NCBI GenBank assembly: GCA_021613535.1
Contig: CP075494.1
Coordinates: 5,642,001-5,706,000 of the forward strand
Origin: Adineta vaga
Lineage: Eukaryota > Animalia > Rotifera
Direction of reading: 5' to 3'
Length of the DNA stretch: 64,000 nucleotides
The translations under genes were made by a program, and so were the position numbers. The notes under the pieces were generated by a model that made no database searches, was not told the origin of the DNA, and saw nothing but the letters and a program-made list of their open reading frames with translations. Of this stretch, positions 12,772 through 25,988 are shown one piece after another. Within the stretch, counting starts at the first letter, position 1; the number at the start of each line of letters is the position of its first letter.

Positions 12772-13874
12772 ATGAATAAAACAAATAGTAGCTTTCCAAC
12801 GATAAAGCATGGAAATACATTTAAAAGTAATAAAAATTGGGATACATGTAATTCACAGAGAATTTGTATATTTAATAGGAAACAATAAAATAAACAAAAT
12901 TTCTCGCCGTCCAACAATCATATCTCCAACAGGACATATTCGATCCTATAACTGTCTTCGTTTTGTGGCACTGATCTTATGTGGTTGTCTTCTTTCGTTT
13001 ATTGGCGGTTACATCAATACAATATGTATTGCTAATTTCTATCGAATATCTGTGTCTGCATTTACTGGGGTTTCATCGAAAATAGCAATTGAATTGGTAC
13101 AAGGCAATTTTATCATGACATTACATTATTTTATTTTAATACTTTCATTTATATTCGGAAGTTTTATATCCGCTGCAGTAGTAGGAGGTTCATCATTTCG
13201 GATTGATCGATCCTATGGTTTAGTATTACTTCTTGAATCTTCTGCACTTGCACTTGGTTATCTATTGGAAGTAAGTTAAATGAAAATCAAAATAATATTG
13301 TTTTACAATTATTATAAATGTTATCATTCTCTAGAAAACAACAGTAAATTTCATTGCATCTTCTGCATCGTTACATATCGGTGCGTATATGATGTCTCTT
13401 GCATGTGGTCTTCAAAATGGTATGTGTACTACATTTTCCGGTGCTGTTATTCGTACGACTCATGTTACTGGAATTCTCACAGATATCGGTTTAATCCTAG
13501 GACAAGCAACTTTTTATTCACGTACTCGAAAACATCTCTGGAAATTAGAAGTTCTCATCCCTCTATATCTATCATTTTGTCTTGGAGGAATTATTGGATA
13601 TTTGATGTATCAAATATTACTCCTTAAAGCCATCCTATTACCTACAATTATCATTGGAGTTTTTGGTATTGCACATTTCTGTTATTGTAAAACGATATAT
13701 AGATACAAAATTAAACAATGTAGAAAAGATCATGTAAATGGAACATCAAATTCGAAAGATATAGTCGATGGACATTTAAACAATGATTATGATAAACAAA
13801 ATGATACACCATTAATTGAAGATTTACATGACATATCAATTCATAATTTAAAAAGTAATACGACAGTATTATAG
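12772..13874 (+). CDS. DUF1275 / YoaK-family membrane protein (HGT candidate), 3 exons
   Basis: Motifs LSFIGGYIN..., SAFTG, ACGLQNG...GAVIRTTHVTGILTDIG and FCLGGIIG; predicted introns 12827-12878 and 13271-13334 keep the frame. Confidence 0.85.
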
Positions 13875-14208
13875 TAATATTTGACAATGAATTGATATTA
13901 TTCAAACAATACTTAGTTAGTTTTTATTTTTTTGAATATTCGGATAATAAAAAATCTTCTCATAATATCTTGCGTAGGCTTTTTTTTAAGCACGAACTAA
14001 ATATTAAGAAGAGAATTTTCAGTGCATTTCAATCTGTACCTTCTTAGTATAGTATGTTGACAAGTGTTAGTCATTTTCGTTTGATAAAAGATAGTTGTTC
14101 AGGTAAACAAAATTCTTATCTATAACCATTGTGTCATGTTGTTTATCAAGTATATTCTGTGTATAAAAGAATCTAAGAGGCTGTATTTATATTACTCTCT
14201 TTTTCAAA

Positions 14209-15134
14209 ATGTTAACTATCAATATGTTGCTTTTTTCACTAACAATCATATTACTACTGGGTGCAAACGTCTGTCATGCAACCGTCTCCTGTGTGAGCTG
14301 CCCTTCGGGAATATCGATTGATATAACTACTGATACAGATATAAATACTAGTAAATGTATTTTGGAAGAGGATGACTTATGTTCCCTTATATTACGTATT
14401 GATTATATTAATAGTAACAATAGTTTTGCTATTATGAGTGGTAGTAAAGATGCAGGATTAATATTAACGAATGGTGAGCCTCAAGTAACTGAAACAACAT
14501 TTATTTGGTTTGATAATGATCGTGTTCAACGTCTTGCAAATATTCTTTGTTTTTCTGGATCAAGCTGTGGATTAGATCTTCTTAAACAACTTTATCGAGA
14601 AAAATGTATGCAATAGTTGAAGAGATTTTCAAAAAGATGATTGTCTCATTATTATTGATGTTTTTTCTTTCAGTTCGTTCATTTGGTTATGAAACAATTC
14701 AAAGTACTTTAGCTAAACAATTATACTCGTCAACAGCTGTTAGTTCGGAATTAACATGTGCTGATCCAACGGGCGCATCTGTCTCATGTACAAATGGATT
14801 TTGTCGATCAGCTTTTGATGGTAATGGTCTAGTATCATATTCGAGTTGTATTAAAAATGGAATAGTACCTGCCCCATACGGTTTAGTTGTTTCAAAATCA
14901 ACAATGGCTGATATAGATATTGAACAATCGACAATCATGTATTCATGTAATAAACCCATGTGTAATTCCATTGAAAATACTCGACAAGTTCTTCAACAAT
15001 TAATTGCAGCAAAACTTATTCCACAATCGACAGGAACAACTACAACACCTAAAAATACCGGAATTCAATTAATGAAGAACTATCAGGAAATGTTTGTTTC
15101 TTTTCTAATGATATTTTTAATCTTTAAAATTTAA
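14209..15134 (+). CDS. Secreted Cys-rich protein with two Cys-rich domains (Ly6/uPAR-like) and a probable GPI signal, 2 exons
   Basis: Signal peptide, CVSC...C...C, second domain ending CNKPMCN, Thr-rich spacer and hydrophobic C-terminus; intron 14606-14673 joins the two ORFs in frame. Confidence 0.65.
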
Positions 15135-15680
15135 AATAAAACATAATTGTGAAAGAACTCAATTTAATCTTTGTAATTATTGATCATTCGATGCGTTGAA
15201 TTGTTACAGATCAAAAAACAAAACGCGAATATAAATTAGTTTTTACAACAGATGACGTTTGTCTCACCCACATTCATCCTCAAGATGAGATCTATTCAGC
15301 AGAAAGTACTACTCATTCCAATTTCTTTCAATAAAATAAATGCTTAATTATGAAGTATTTTTCAAATAAGAAAAAAAAATCAGTGGCGTGTTATTATTCA
15401 TCTATTAGCCATTAATTACTGTCATTAAAGAGATTACGGTGTTTTAACGTAGCATTATATTTTTCTCGGAAAGAAATGAAGATATTTTTAAGTCAGCAGA
15501 TTCTAGGCACATCAAACTTTGGGAACCATAAAAGAAAATTTATCTTATCATGTGTCACTTAATTTTTGTCACGAACCTTTTTTTAATAACAACAGATATT
15601 TTCATACGTCAATACATTTATTCGCTTTATATTATATTTGAAATGAATGTCGAAAAAGTAGTAGATAATCTCTATTTTCA

Positions 15681-16624
15681 TCAATAAAGTGTTATTGTTT
15701 GAATACGTAGTGCACGAAAGATGAATAATTGATAAAAATATTGTCTTAATGAATGATTAAATAGAAAAAGATCAAGAATATTTATCAATAAACTTAAAGC
15801 TGGTAAAATTGATAAACCTCTATAAATGATTGGTGCCATATTTTGACCATAATCAATGCATAAAAGTACATAAATCGGTGCCCATCCGACAACAAATATA
15901 ACAAATATAATAATCATATGTTTAAGAAGATGAATATCTCGATTATTTAAAGTTCTCACTCTCACTGAATTAGCAACTCGAACACGTCTCGATGAGCGAC
16001 GAGCCGTTGTAAATATAAGAATATTTACTGTTACAAAAATGCAACTAGGAAATATAACAACAATTGTCAGAGTATACAGTTGAAGAAATAATGTACCATA
16101 GATTTGTTCACAAATCTAACAAAATATCAGTTTTATCACATATTTTTTTTTCTTATATTTTAATTACTTACTGCAATATTAGATAGAATTATATTTGGTA
16201 ATGTTAAACATACCGTTGTAAACCAAGTGATAATTATACAAAAAAAAGCCCAATATTTTGTTTTAAATAAAATCCTATTCGTATAACGAATAATACAAAA
16301 TCGATTAATCGATACGGAACATAAAGAATAAATCACATAACAATTGAAAATTGTTTCAATTGAATTTAAGTATGAACAACGCTGTTGACTAATAATATCA
16401 GATGCTAATTGATCATTTAAATGTAACATATATGCAATAATCCAAAATATAGCTGATGCAATAAAAGCGATACAAACATTAACTGTCATTATATTGATTG
16501 ATGAACGAAAACGAAAGAGAATACATAGAGGTAATGCATAAATACATGCAAAAATAACTAATAATATATTAAGAGCAAGTTTAATAAAGATTAAAATTCT
16601 TAAGAGAAGTGTGATGGTACTCAT
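15681..16624 (-). CDS. Orphan class A (rhodopsin-like) GPCR, 2 exons
   Basis: Seven hydrophobic segments; TM3 SINRFCII (DRY equivalent), TM4 W..P, TM6 GWAPIY, TM7 LDLFLFN; intron at about 16116-16169. Confidence 0.85.
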
Positions 16625-19076
16625 TGAATTCAAGACGAATGAATAGAAAACGTTTTTAACGATCTATTGCATGTGTTAGAATTCTTCTTTTTAAATCGAA
16701 GATTTGCAGATTTATTTGAAATGTAATTACATCTGACAGAGAGATATAGTAATAGTTTTGATTCATCGTTTATTAAAGTCTTAATACACAATTAAAATTA
16801 TCAAACATAAAGATTTTTTCTTAAACAAATGCCTTTAACTATTCGTTAATGAATGAAACCTATAACACATACATTCACCATCCTTATCAGAAATGTTAGT
16901 TGATACTTGAATGAATTCATGATCTCATTGATCAAATGTAAAATTTATACTGATAGCTCGATCTTTTCGATGATTATTTGTGTTGAATATTGATAAAATA
17001 CTACGGATCATCCGATTTGTGTCCTTAAGAAAACATTGGTATTATAAGACATTGAATCGACCAATATCGTTGATCCTTGTGTACTTTATGAATAGAATTA
17101 TTTTCAAATTCTTACACAGAAAGAGCGGTTTAAGAAAACGATGCGATATTTTTACGATAAATTGCCGTAAAACAAAAGGATGTTTTCCATTTTCAAATAA
17201 TATATTCTTAATACATGCGCATAAAAACGCTAATCTAGATGATTGAGCTATATTATTAAAGTAGTTTTTCTCGGCTCTAGAAAGCAATCATTGCAATTAT
17301 TATATTTTGAAAAATCTTAATTCTCCGATGTTAAATTTCCTGATATTTATTTTAATGTAAATCGAGTAAAAACCATATAAAATTATATTTTGCCTATAAG
17401 AAAATATACAGAGTAGAACTGATATATTATCTAAAGGACATTATTCTTATTCTTATTTGACTTTTAAGAGCATGTCACGTGTAATATTGTTACATAGATA
17501 AATGAAACGCACATCGTTTTATTTTCAATGAAATAAAGAAAAATTTATTATAGAAGGAATATTTGAACGCGACATAAGGAATAAATAAAGATCCATTGAC
17601 CTTTGAGCTGTTTCCCTGGGATAACTAAAGACTTCGATAGCAAGCAGGCGTCTAATATTAACATAAATTACATTAATATAGTAATAGAAGTTTAATTCGT
17701 ATTTTCAAAATATCCATTCAAAAACTAAGGGCACATTTTCAATTGATGGAGATTAAATTAGTGTCAGTAAATTAAATATTATAATTAATGCATAAAAAAC
17801 GATTTAATAGTTGAAGTATAACAATAAATGATTTAAACGAGCACGTACACACGGCTACACAATAATTGATTAACGTCAAGTCATAAGAAAAGTTCATTTT
17901 TTTAGAAATGATATCACAAATTGCAAATTTTAATTACTCGACTATTGTATATTCATATTTTTGATACGATCAAATTAAGAAAAGAGTAATAAAGTTGGTT
18001 GATTCTTTTGTTCATTATTTAACTTAGAAGGAAAAATGAGATACCAATTTCGAAGATACATCGTTTAATTTCCATCAGTTATTCAGTACTTTCTAATGTA
18101 GTACTAGTATGAATATGAGTTAGCACAATGTAACAGAACGCAAGAAAGTGACGTTGACATTGTTTGTATAAAAATGAAAAAAAAAGCAGAAAGAGAAAAG
18201 AAGAAGAGAACCGAGAAATGTGTCTTTGACAGGACATGCGAAAGAAAAGAAAAGAAAGACAAAGTGAAACGTACGCAGTAGTCTTTTAGTCTTGAATATA
18301 CTGAACAATCATACGCATTATCATTATCATTTAATAATAACAGGTACGTTTACTCAATAGTTATTCAAAGAAGTAAAGTCAATATTTTCCTGATTTCCAT
18401 GAGTAGTCACGACTTCTTTTTGTTAAATTGATATCTATCAGTAAATATAAACTGAAAATGAGTAAAAGACTCCTATCTTGATGATCTGGTTCTTAAAAGT
18501 TTAGTAATATTATTAGCCAAGGATATGTAAACTTTTCTTTAATTATACGATAACATTTCACAGAAAGTTGATTTCAATCTAATTCACATCGTATTCTAAT
18601 TAACCATCTTGAATTTCATAAGATACCGAAAAAATGAATTGAAAAATGTATCCATTCGTAGGATATTCTTTTTCTTAGTCCAGTTTCTCATGGTTGAATG
18701 CTTATTAAGTTCTTTCAAGTGCTTCAAAAACCTCGGTTACAAAATTTCTTGCGTAAAAAAATAGACTTGAGAGAGGTGTATGAGCAAAGTATGATATAAA
18801 AAAAAGCATTAATTTTCTTTTTCGCCTTTGTCATTCAAAATTCTAACATAAGATGTACCGATGACATCCAGAGTCTGTGTCACATGTGACACTTGCGGAG
18901 GTGAAGATTTCTATTTAATATTTTCTTTGAATACTATTTGGTTTTTCTGGCAAAAATAAACTATATTTTATTTAATGTAATATGAAAGTGTGAATACACA
19001 GATAACTAGAGAAATTGTTTTAGATAGAATTTTATTATAATATTTTTTTCATATAGATCATCGAATAGCTGTCAAT

Positions 19077-20494
19077 ATGATGTCCTTATTAAACAGCCAA
19101 CAGGACTGTGAAAAACCTCGACGACAACCGAAGTATTCGTCTCGATGGCGACGTTGTCAAGTATGTGCTGACAGAGCTTATATCATCAATTATGGTGCAC
19201 TCTCTTGTCAATCATGTAAAACATTCTTTCGTCGAAATGGTCGTCGTTCAGAGGTTTGTTGTCAAATGAAGGCACTAGTTTTATATAATTTATCATTCTT
19301 TCTAAAATAGAGTATTCGTCCGTGTTTTTTCAATCATACATGTAACATCAATACGACAACACGACGAAAATGTACAAATTGTCGTTTGACTAAATGTTTC
19401 TTAGTTGGAATGAGTTCGGATTTGATTCGTAAAGAAGAACAACAAAAAACAAAACATTCACCGTCAGTTAATTCCAAGTTAAATAAGTCTGAATTAATCA
19501 AACAAGAAATGGTAAGTGTCAAAACAGTGAGAGATGATGATTAATACTACGTAATTTGAAGCAGAAATATAGAACTTAATAATTAATCATATAGAAAGAA
19601 ATTATAGAAATTATAAATATAAATCCGACATTTTGAAGACACGCATTTTACAAGTCATAAATAATGAATCAATGTTTGATATTTTAGGATACATCACCCG
19701 TTTATAAACTTGGTTTCTCATACGATTCTCAATATATACTTGTTAATTCTGAACAGAAATTACTTTCAAATATTGTACATGCTTCCGACACATATAGTGC
19801 CTTACCACAAATTCATCACATTATTAGTAATTTATCTACATCATACCTTGATATGCATATAAATACGAAGAATATTCTCAAGTCTATTATTCTTAGTTAT
19901 ATATCAACAGGATCCTTTATTAACTCTACACCTGATTTTCGAATATTAACTATCAATGAACAATGCTCACTTATTGAACGCAATTTAAATGGAATTTCAG
20001 TACTTTATTGGGCTGTTATGTTCCGTGATTTAAATATCATTGATAATTATCTCTGCATGAAAATCTTAATGTCAATATTTGGATTAGATGTTATTCAACA
20101 AGTAATACGTTTTCGAAAGCAACTTGATGCTGATCCAATTATGATAAACATGATGTTGATCATTCTTGCTTTCTCATCCAATTGTTCAATGGTTGATAGT
20201 AAAAAATGTCGACATAATGATAGTTTGTTGTATGGTACACATCGTCTATTTGGAAGTCAAGATGTTTATATAGAACTTCTATGGAAATATATGATCTCTC
20301 ATTATGGTTACTATGTTTCAACATTTCGTTTTGCTCGACTAATGAAACTTGTCCTTGGTCTAATGAAAATTTCAGCAAATATTTATATGACGAATAAAAC
20401 TTATGGTAATCTAGTCAATGATGTTATGGAAGATATCAAGCAATTACTAATTAACAATCAAAACGAACCATTTTCATTATGGGGAAAAGTTTGA
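19077..20494 (+). CDS. Nuclear hormone receptor (NR1-type, HR96/NHR-8/VDR-like), copy 1, 3 coding exons
   Basis: C4 zinc fingers [28 protein letters not shown] and CFFNHTCNINTTTRRKCTNCRLTKCFLVGM; LBD signature FINSTPDFRILTINEQCSLI; introns about 19254-19310 and 19512-19688. Confidence 0.9.
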
Positions 20495-23400
20495 TATTTT
20501 AGACTATTTGTTTTTATTGGTTGTGAGTCACGATCAAGATATAACAATAAATCATACAGTTTTTCAGTCAATTACTTTTGAATAAAAGTCTCCTTGTTGT
20601 GTTTTATTAAACTATCGTCATAAAATCGTTTCAGATGATGTTTGTAAGAAATTTCATGATAACTGACCATGCACATATTGATAAGAAATCATTTGTTTTA
20701 ATAACACAATTAAAGTATTCGATACAGTTTATAGATTTTAATTGAATATTTCTTATAGAATGTCGCATTTGACTAAAAACAAGTTGATTCGAAAGTATTA
20801 GCAAAGATTTCTTACACTGGATGACAGATAAACCCTCGCCGTATCGATAGAGAGATGTATTTTCGTATATAAGTGTATAGTTATACTCCATTCTTTCTAC
20901 GGCAAGATATTCACTTGTGTTTCTTTCTTTCTTTTTGTTTGATTTTCTAGAAAACAAAAGAACGCAAAAGGGTATTTTAGTATAATTTATGATGAATACA
21001 TGTATTTCGATGGAACGAAACCTAAATAAAAGAAAGATGGGTTTACAGAGTATGAAATAGAAAAATCATATGATCAAATGCATATAATAAATAGGAAAGA
21101 GAGATCATTCACGTATGAAATATCTGACATGCTTTTTTCATACCAATTCGATGTTGTCTGGAGCAGTTTATCTTTCTTCGCATACCTTCTAAACATTGTT
21201 TGTGGAAGAATCGATTTTAATTGTGAACCATATGAATGATTATCTAGATCTATGTATTTTTACATGGAATTAGGCAAATATTTAGACATAATTCTATCTG
21301 TTTTTATCGTCGTAATTGAAAATATGTCTATTTGAATAATAAAACGTTTTCTATTTTCAAGAGAATAGATATGAGATGAAAACTTAGAAGAATGGTGATA
21401 AGAACTTATTGTTTCCATTGAATAGTACTTGATGTTAGTTCGAATACGTGATAATTAATTATCGAACCGTTATATTTTCAATAAAACTAATCTTATTATA
21501 ACTAAACAAATTTAGTGTATGTGATGGATGCGATATACATACGGATATAAAATTCATATACAGATGCTAAGTCATATTAATTAGAGAAAATGATGATCGT
21601 TCAGAAATTTTTTCTTTTTCTTTAAAGATCGACCTATTCTTCACCAGTACAAAGTTCATAATGCTAAAGAAATCGGTATTGTTCTAGTGAGTTCAAGAGA
21701 CCAGTTGAATGTCATTATTGGTGAAATACACTAGCTTTGATGCAGTACCAATGCACTGAACAAACTTGCTAGAATCCGCGAAATAATTTGACATAATATT
21801 GGTTTTCATTCGAAAGTTCGTTCTCTAGAAGGAACATCGATATTTGGTAACATTGTTTCCTGTACTTTTCTGTAAAATATTTATCTATGCTTGTTCATCA
21901 GATCATATGAAATAAATGTGAATATAGAAAATAAATTTCACAACTTACCGTTCTCGAATAGCTCTATCAATAGGTTAGAATACACACAAAGTATGTATAA
22001 CGATGTCGAAAAACTTGATAATATTGTACACAAAATATGTAGTTCATTTATGTTGATGTGAAACATCATAGTACATATGCTTTTACTAGCAGCATCACTG
22101 TCAGATCTTTGAATCTGAATAATGGTTCGAATATCCTTTATTTTTTCGTTCTCTCACGGTCATATATAAGAATGAGGAATCAATGACAATTTGATCTTTT
22201 TATTTCGTATTTATCACATAAAATATTGTGAAATATCAACAAACTTTTGTTTATTCTATTCATTATCAGTAAATTCTGAAATCAAATATGATGACATTTT
22301 ATATCTGAATATTAGCAGATAGTAAATTCTCAACTGATAAGATTGTCTGTATATAATAGGCATAATAAGATAGAAAAACATGCAAACCTATATATATTTT
22401 CAATTTTTATAAGTAGTGTTCAACGGTATCACGAGAGAACAAGACGGCAATAATATTAACTAGATAAAAACTCTGTATTTTCAGTATAAGATTATGAAAG
22501 AATGCCGAAGAGAAAAAAATATATAGTCTCTTCTCATGTTAAACTAAGTATTTTATTATAAGATATGCAATGACGTCAGTATTTTGTTATATAAATACCA
22601 GTAATCTATAGCATAGAATAATAGTGTTTATAATTCACAAGTAGGATATTATTTTCAGTAAATTATCTTATCACAAATATTCTTTATGAAAACAGATATA
22701 GTGAAATAGATTTCATATAGAAATATATGATTACTATAAACACAGGCATATTACACTGGAGAATATAGGACATTATTTCTTTACTACAAACTTCATTCTA
22801 GTGATTCGAAAAAAAGAGATAAAAGACATCAGCTATTTTTCGTATGTATATTCAATGCAAGAAAGAATAGGTAACTACCTAGATGTCATGCAATCTTTTT
22901 AAGGTATCATAATTAAAAATTGATATAAATCGACTATAGAGTAAAAACATTAAGTTATCACGTAGAACTTTGTCGAACGTGTAACATTGTCTCCTTTGAC
23001 CCTTAGAGATTTCTTTCTTTGTCCTTGCTTATTCAAAAGAAACCAATAGAATGTATGCTAAGGATAAAATGTTTTTTTTAATCTATATAACGTTCTTACA
23101 GGAAAAGAAAGAAAAGAATAGTCTAGTAAATATATTTAAATATAGACCAAGTGATTCACTAAAGTCATATAACTTAGGTTCATTGGTAATTTTTTTCATC
23201 TAGAGTTAAGACTGTAAGTTAGTTTGAGGGTGTGTAGAGGAGCTATATACTTTACTAATTATAATCATTTATTTGCGCAAATATATTCTATAATTTTCAT
23301 TCATCATAACTCTCTATAAACTCAAGTATGCGTGTATTAGCATTCGAGATATAGCGATGTAATAGAGCTTCTGTCTGTTTCTTATATGTTTACAAATGTC

Positions 23401-24363
23401 TCAAAAGAAAGAAGCGCAAAGATAGCAGACGTTTGTCGTGAAAATGTTGAACAACATTTCAACTTTTCGTAATTTATTTTGCAAGGTAATCATATTTTCC
23501 TCAGATATCTATTGTTACATTTACTGTTCATTAAGAAATCTGTCAATATAATTTGGTAGCTCTTTATTCGTAGTTTTTCTATAAACGGCAGTAATTGAAT
23601 TTTCAAAACATTGTTTCTCTTCACGAAAAGATAGTAGATTGTATATCACTCTATGATACTTGATATTAAGCAAAATATGGGAAATTAATCAAAATTTCCT
23701 TTGGCGCCATCTTTTTCAAATAATCAAACATATAAACGAAACGATCAGGGTCATTTCATAGGCTATGCTTATTCCCATTCGAAAATGATACAAAGTTTTT
23801 TTCTTAAAATCGTCACCTATTACTCACACCGAATTCTAGAGATAGTCAATGCTATGCATCGAGACTTTCACGAAATTCAACTATCAACATCATATAACCA
23901 TCTATCGGTTTCCCTTTTTCTCTTAAGCTTATTATGTTAAAAATCCTATTTATATAGAGAATTAGAAAAATTGATGTCATTGTATAAACTATCTGAGAAT
24001 AACAAGTTAACTGTGAGAATGCGGCAAAGTTCAAGTATACTCAGTGGTGATGATAAAGACAAGTGTAAACGACTATAATGTCATTTAATTATTTCTACTA
24101 ATCTTTTTCAAGTTGATTCGATGATCAATATAATGCGTGAGATCTATCATAATATCAGAACGAAGAACTATTCACGCATTACATTCTTTCTCCGTATCAT
24201 ATCAGTAAAAGAATCATTGATTGAACTTTCCAAATAATAAACTACATTGTCAGATAAAAACGTTTTCGATTTGAAAATGATGCAACGATTATTACACACT
24301 TTGATTCATATATAATATTAGTTTTATATCTTTTAGTGGACCTTGCAGTAAACATACAGTTAA

Positions 24364-25988
24364 ATGTCGTTAAAATCCGTCGATTATCTTGAGAATCAAA
24401 AGCATCAAAATAATTCAATAAAATCATACATTTGTCGGATATGTGGTGACAAAGCCAGTATCATTAATTATGGTGCACTTTCTTGTCAATCATGTAAAAC
24501 ATTTTTTCGTCGTAATGCTTCTCATCCTGAAGTTTGTAGTTAATAATAAAGTTTTATGAAATATTATTATCAAATATGTTTTTTTTTGCAGAATGTTTAT
24601 CCCTGTGTGTTCAGAAAACCGTGTGAAATAACTATTCATACTCGACGTAACTGTACTTCTTGTCGTTATGCCAAATGTTTATCAATGGGTATGAATTCAA
24701 ATTTAATTCGTAAAGAACTACAATCAAAAAAAAGACATTTATCTACAATAAATTCTCATTTGAATCAAATTGTAATTGATAAACACGAAAAAGTATGTAT
24801 ATCAATTATACGATGAAAGATTCCACAGAGAATACTTTGTATGCATTTGCAAGGAACGCAAGTTATGAGTGAAGATTTTAGTCTCGTGATTCGTATGTAA
24901 TTGTGTATAGCTTTTTCTTATAACAATGTAAAGTAGAACACCGTATACAGAAACAAAAATCATGCATCTTACTTCTTATTTTCAAATATATATATAAATC
25001 AATTCATAGGAGGTCGTCAATTTGCTTTTGACCTGCAATAAACATATGGAATATTTCATAAATATTAAGCATACATATTGTATTTGAATAGAATATTTTT
25101 TTAAACACATACAGCTATGATATGATGTTTTGATCATAAATTAAAAAATATTTTTGTTTTCTTTTATAGTCTGGATCACCGTTACTTACATTAGATCTAT
25201 TAAAGACTGATCGATCGTTGCTCAGTAATATGGAATGGACGTTACTTTCGAATGTTATCCATGCTCATGATACTTACACTAATTCGTCACAAATAAGTTC
25301 TTCTGTTGAACAATTATTTATCTCATCATCATTACCAATATTTAATACTTCTTCCATTATATCCAATGTACTTGAATTAATCGCTTTTATGTACACATCA
25401 ATACAATCATCTATTGGTGCTTCACCTGATTTCAAAATATTGACTATTAATGAACAAAATTCTCTTTTGGAACGGAATTTACCTGGTATAACTGCTTTAT
25501 ATTCAACTGTTTTTTTTCGTACTTCTCGCATTATCGACAATCCTCAATGTGTAAACTCATTTGCTTTAGTCTATGGACCAGAAATGATGCATCAAGCCAT
25601 ACGAATTGATCAAAAACTTGATTGGGATTTAACTATTGTTAAACTTATGTTAATGATTCTTGCATTTTCATCAAATTGTTTTATTACTCAAAAAACAGAA
25701 ACATTACAAAATGATATGTTTCTACATGGTACTTATCGTTTATTAGGAAGTCAAAATGTTTATGTTGAATTATTATGGAAATATATGATGTATACATATG
25801 GTTATGATGATTCAGTACGTCGATTTTTTCGATTAATTGAAATCTTTCTTGATTTAGTCAAATATTCAAGTTTGATCTATACAAATAATAATACTCATCA
25901 TGATCTAGTTGAAAATGTTTTTAAACAAACAAAACAATCGCTTATTATCGAACAAAACAAACAAGAACCATTATGGGGAAAAACATGA
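24364..25988 (+). CDS. Nuclear hormone receptor, tandem paralog (copy 2), 3 coding exons
   Basis: ATG 24364; [28 protein letters not shown] and [30 protein letters not shown]; [22 protein letters not shown]; same intron positions as copy 1. Confidence 0.9.
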
